The notes under the pieces were generated by a model, which ran no database searches, was not told the DNA's origin, and saw nothing but the letters and a program-made list of their open reading frames with translations. Source: Acidobacteriota bacterium (GTDB lineage: Bacteria > Acidobacteriota > Terriglobia > 2-12-FULL-54-10). Taken from it: DNA of 64,000 nt. Positions 62,945 to 64,000 of the stretch are shown one piece after another. The position numbers were made by a program, and so were the translations under genes. Location: the NCBI GenBank assembly GCA_009691245.1, contig SHUM01000006.1, forward strand, positions 20,399 to 84,398, in the 5' to 3' direction. How positions within the stretch are numbered: the first letter of the stretch is position 1; each line of letters starts with the position of its first letter.

Positions 62945-64000
62945 ATGGAAGCAGGCAAAGTGCCGGGCAGCGAGCGCGAATCAGTGAAAACCGCAGGACG
63001 GACGCCGGGAAAATTCGCCGTGTCCGATCTCCGCATTGACGACAGTAAGCGGCGGCGCAAGCGCGGCGGGTGGTCCAAGTGGTTGATCGTGCTCCTGCTG
63101 CTCGGCGGGGTGGGATACGGCGGATGGATGTTCTGGCAGGGTCGCGCGCCCGCGGTGCAGATCGCCGAAGTGCGCCGACGCACGCAGACCGGCGCGCTCT
63201 CCGTGCTGAACGCCAGCGGCTACGTTACTCCGCGGCGACGCTCCACGGTGGCGGCGAAGATCACCGGACGGCTGGACACGATATTAGTTGAAGAGGGCAT
63301 GCGCGTCAGCGCCGATCAGGTGCTGGCGACGCTGGATGACACGGACATAAAGGTCCGCATCACTTCCACCGAGGCGGACCGGCGGGCTACCGTGGCCTCG
63401 CTCGCGGACCTGCACGTGAATCTTAAGAATGCCGAGCGTGAGCGCGTGCGCATCTCGCGATTACTGGAAGAGGGCATCGCCACGCGGCAGGCCATGGACG
63501 CGGCGGAGACGGCGGTCGAGAGTTTCGAGGCGCGCATTGATTTAGTCGAGGAGCAGATCAATGCCGCCGAGGCGCGCTTGCAGGTGGCGCGGCACGATCT
63601 GGAGAATACCGTCATCCGCGCGCCCTTCGCGGGGATTATAGTTTCCAAAGACGCGCAGCGCGGCGAGATGGTTTCTCCCGTCTCCGGCGGCGGCGGATTC
63701 ACGCGCACCGGCATCGCTACCGTTGTCGATATGACTTCGCTCGAAATAGAAGTCGACGTGAATGAGTCATACATCACCCGCGTGCGCGAACGGCAACCGG
63801 TGTCGGCGACGCTGGATGCCTATCCGGACTGGACCATGACGGGCCGCGTGCGCACCGTGATTCCCACGGCGGACCGTCAGAAGGCGACTATCAAAGTGCG
63901 CATCGCTTTCGATCAACTGGATTCGCGCATCATTCCCGACATGGGCGTGAAAGTTGCGTTCCTGGAGGAGAAGAAAAAGGAAGAGGCGGTGCCCGCCAAC
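62945..64000 (+). CDS. Efflux transporter periplasmic adaptor (HlyD/MFP family), 5-prime partial (continues past the right edge)
   Basis: Absent from the ORF track because it has no stop in the window. My translation reads MEAGKVPGSE...WSKWLIVLLLLGGVGYGGWMF (TM), LNASGYVTPRRRSTVAAKITGRLDTILVEEGMRVSADQVLATLDD (lipoyl-like), a coiled coil, VIRAPFAGIIVSKDAQRGEMVSP and TMTGRVRTVIPTADRQKATIKVRIAF. Confidence 0.85.
   Translation, partial: MEAGKVPGSERESVKTAGRTPGKFAVSDLRIDDSKRRRKRGGWSKWLIVLLLLGGVGYGGWMFWQGRAPAVQIAEVRRRTQTGALSVLNASGYVTPRRRSTVAAKITGRLDTILVEEGMRVSADQVLATLDDTDIKVRITSTEADRRATVASLADLHVNLKNAERERVRISRLLEEGIATRQAMDAAETAVESFEARIDLVEEQINAAEARLQVARHDLENTVIRAPFAGIIVSKDAQRGEMVSPVSGGGGFTRTGIATVVDMTSLEIEVDVNESYITRVRERQPVSATLDAYPDWTMTGRVRTVIPTADRQKATIKVRIAFDQLDSRIIPDMGVKVAFLEEKKKEEAVPAN

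Overview
High-GC bacterial chromosome segment, about 60-72% GC in the 60-nt lines I counted. The gene content looks Acidobacteriota-like: a GWxTD-domain protein, proteins with carboxypeptidase-regulatory-like domains, and many dispersed palindromic repeat families. All homology calls come from reading the supplied translations and my own translations by eye; no searches were run.

Backbone, left to right:
- A TonB-receptor-like gene (partial) coupled to a secreted caspase-TPR protein.
- The rplM-rpsI and rpsB-tsf-pyrH-frr translation clusters.
- An acyl-CoA synthetase divergent from a ubiX / archaeal-type riboflavin kinase / aryl-CoA ligase operon.
- A sigma54-type two-component pair.
- A GWxTD plus outer-membrane-protein pair.
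- uvrC, a MOSC-domain gene and a Tat-exported vanadium-haloperoxidase-like protein.
- A minus-strand aromatic amino acid supraoperon (trpC-trpF-trpB-[DUF2442-DUF4160]-trpA-[ABM]-chorismate mutase-tyrA).
- Four secreted proteins.
- prfA, then LuxR and PilZ genes, then two convergent genes broken by in-frame stops, then tsaD.
- An ECF sigma/anti-sigma pair followed by a complete type II secretion cluster (gspE-F-G-H-I-J-K-L-M-C-D).
- A higBA-like toxin-antitoxin pair, RNase P RNA, a GNAT gene and a partial RND adaptor.

Observations most worth a second look:
1. Six inactivating lesions (three 1-nt frameshifts and three in-frame stops) all fall in small or accessory genes, while every large housekeeping ORF is intact.
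2. A lower-GC (about 45-57%) T2SS module sits between host-like flanks.
3. A DUF2442/DUF4160 cassette is wedged between trpB and trpA.
4. ubiX is coupled to an archaeal-type riboflavin kinase, with no UbiD in the window.
5. There are several families of very long palindromes, some inside operons and one inserted in-frame into a gene remnant.
6. A C-depleted, stop-codon-saturated AT island lies downstream of gspD.

I found no CRISPR array, tRNA, rRNA or transposase.
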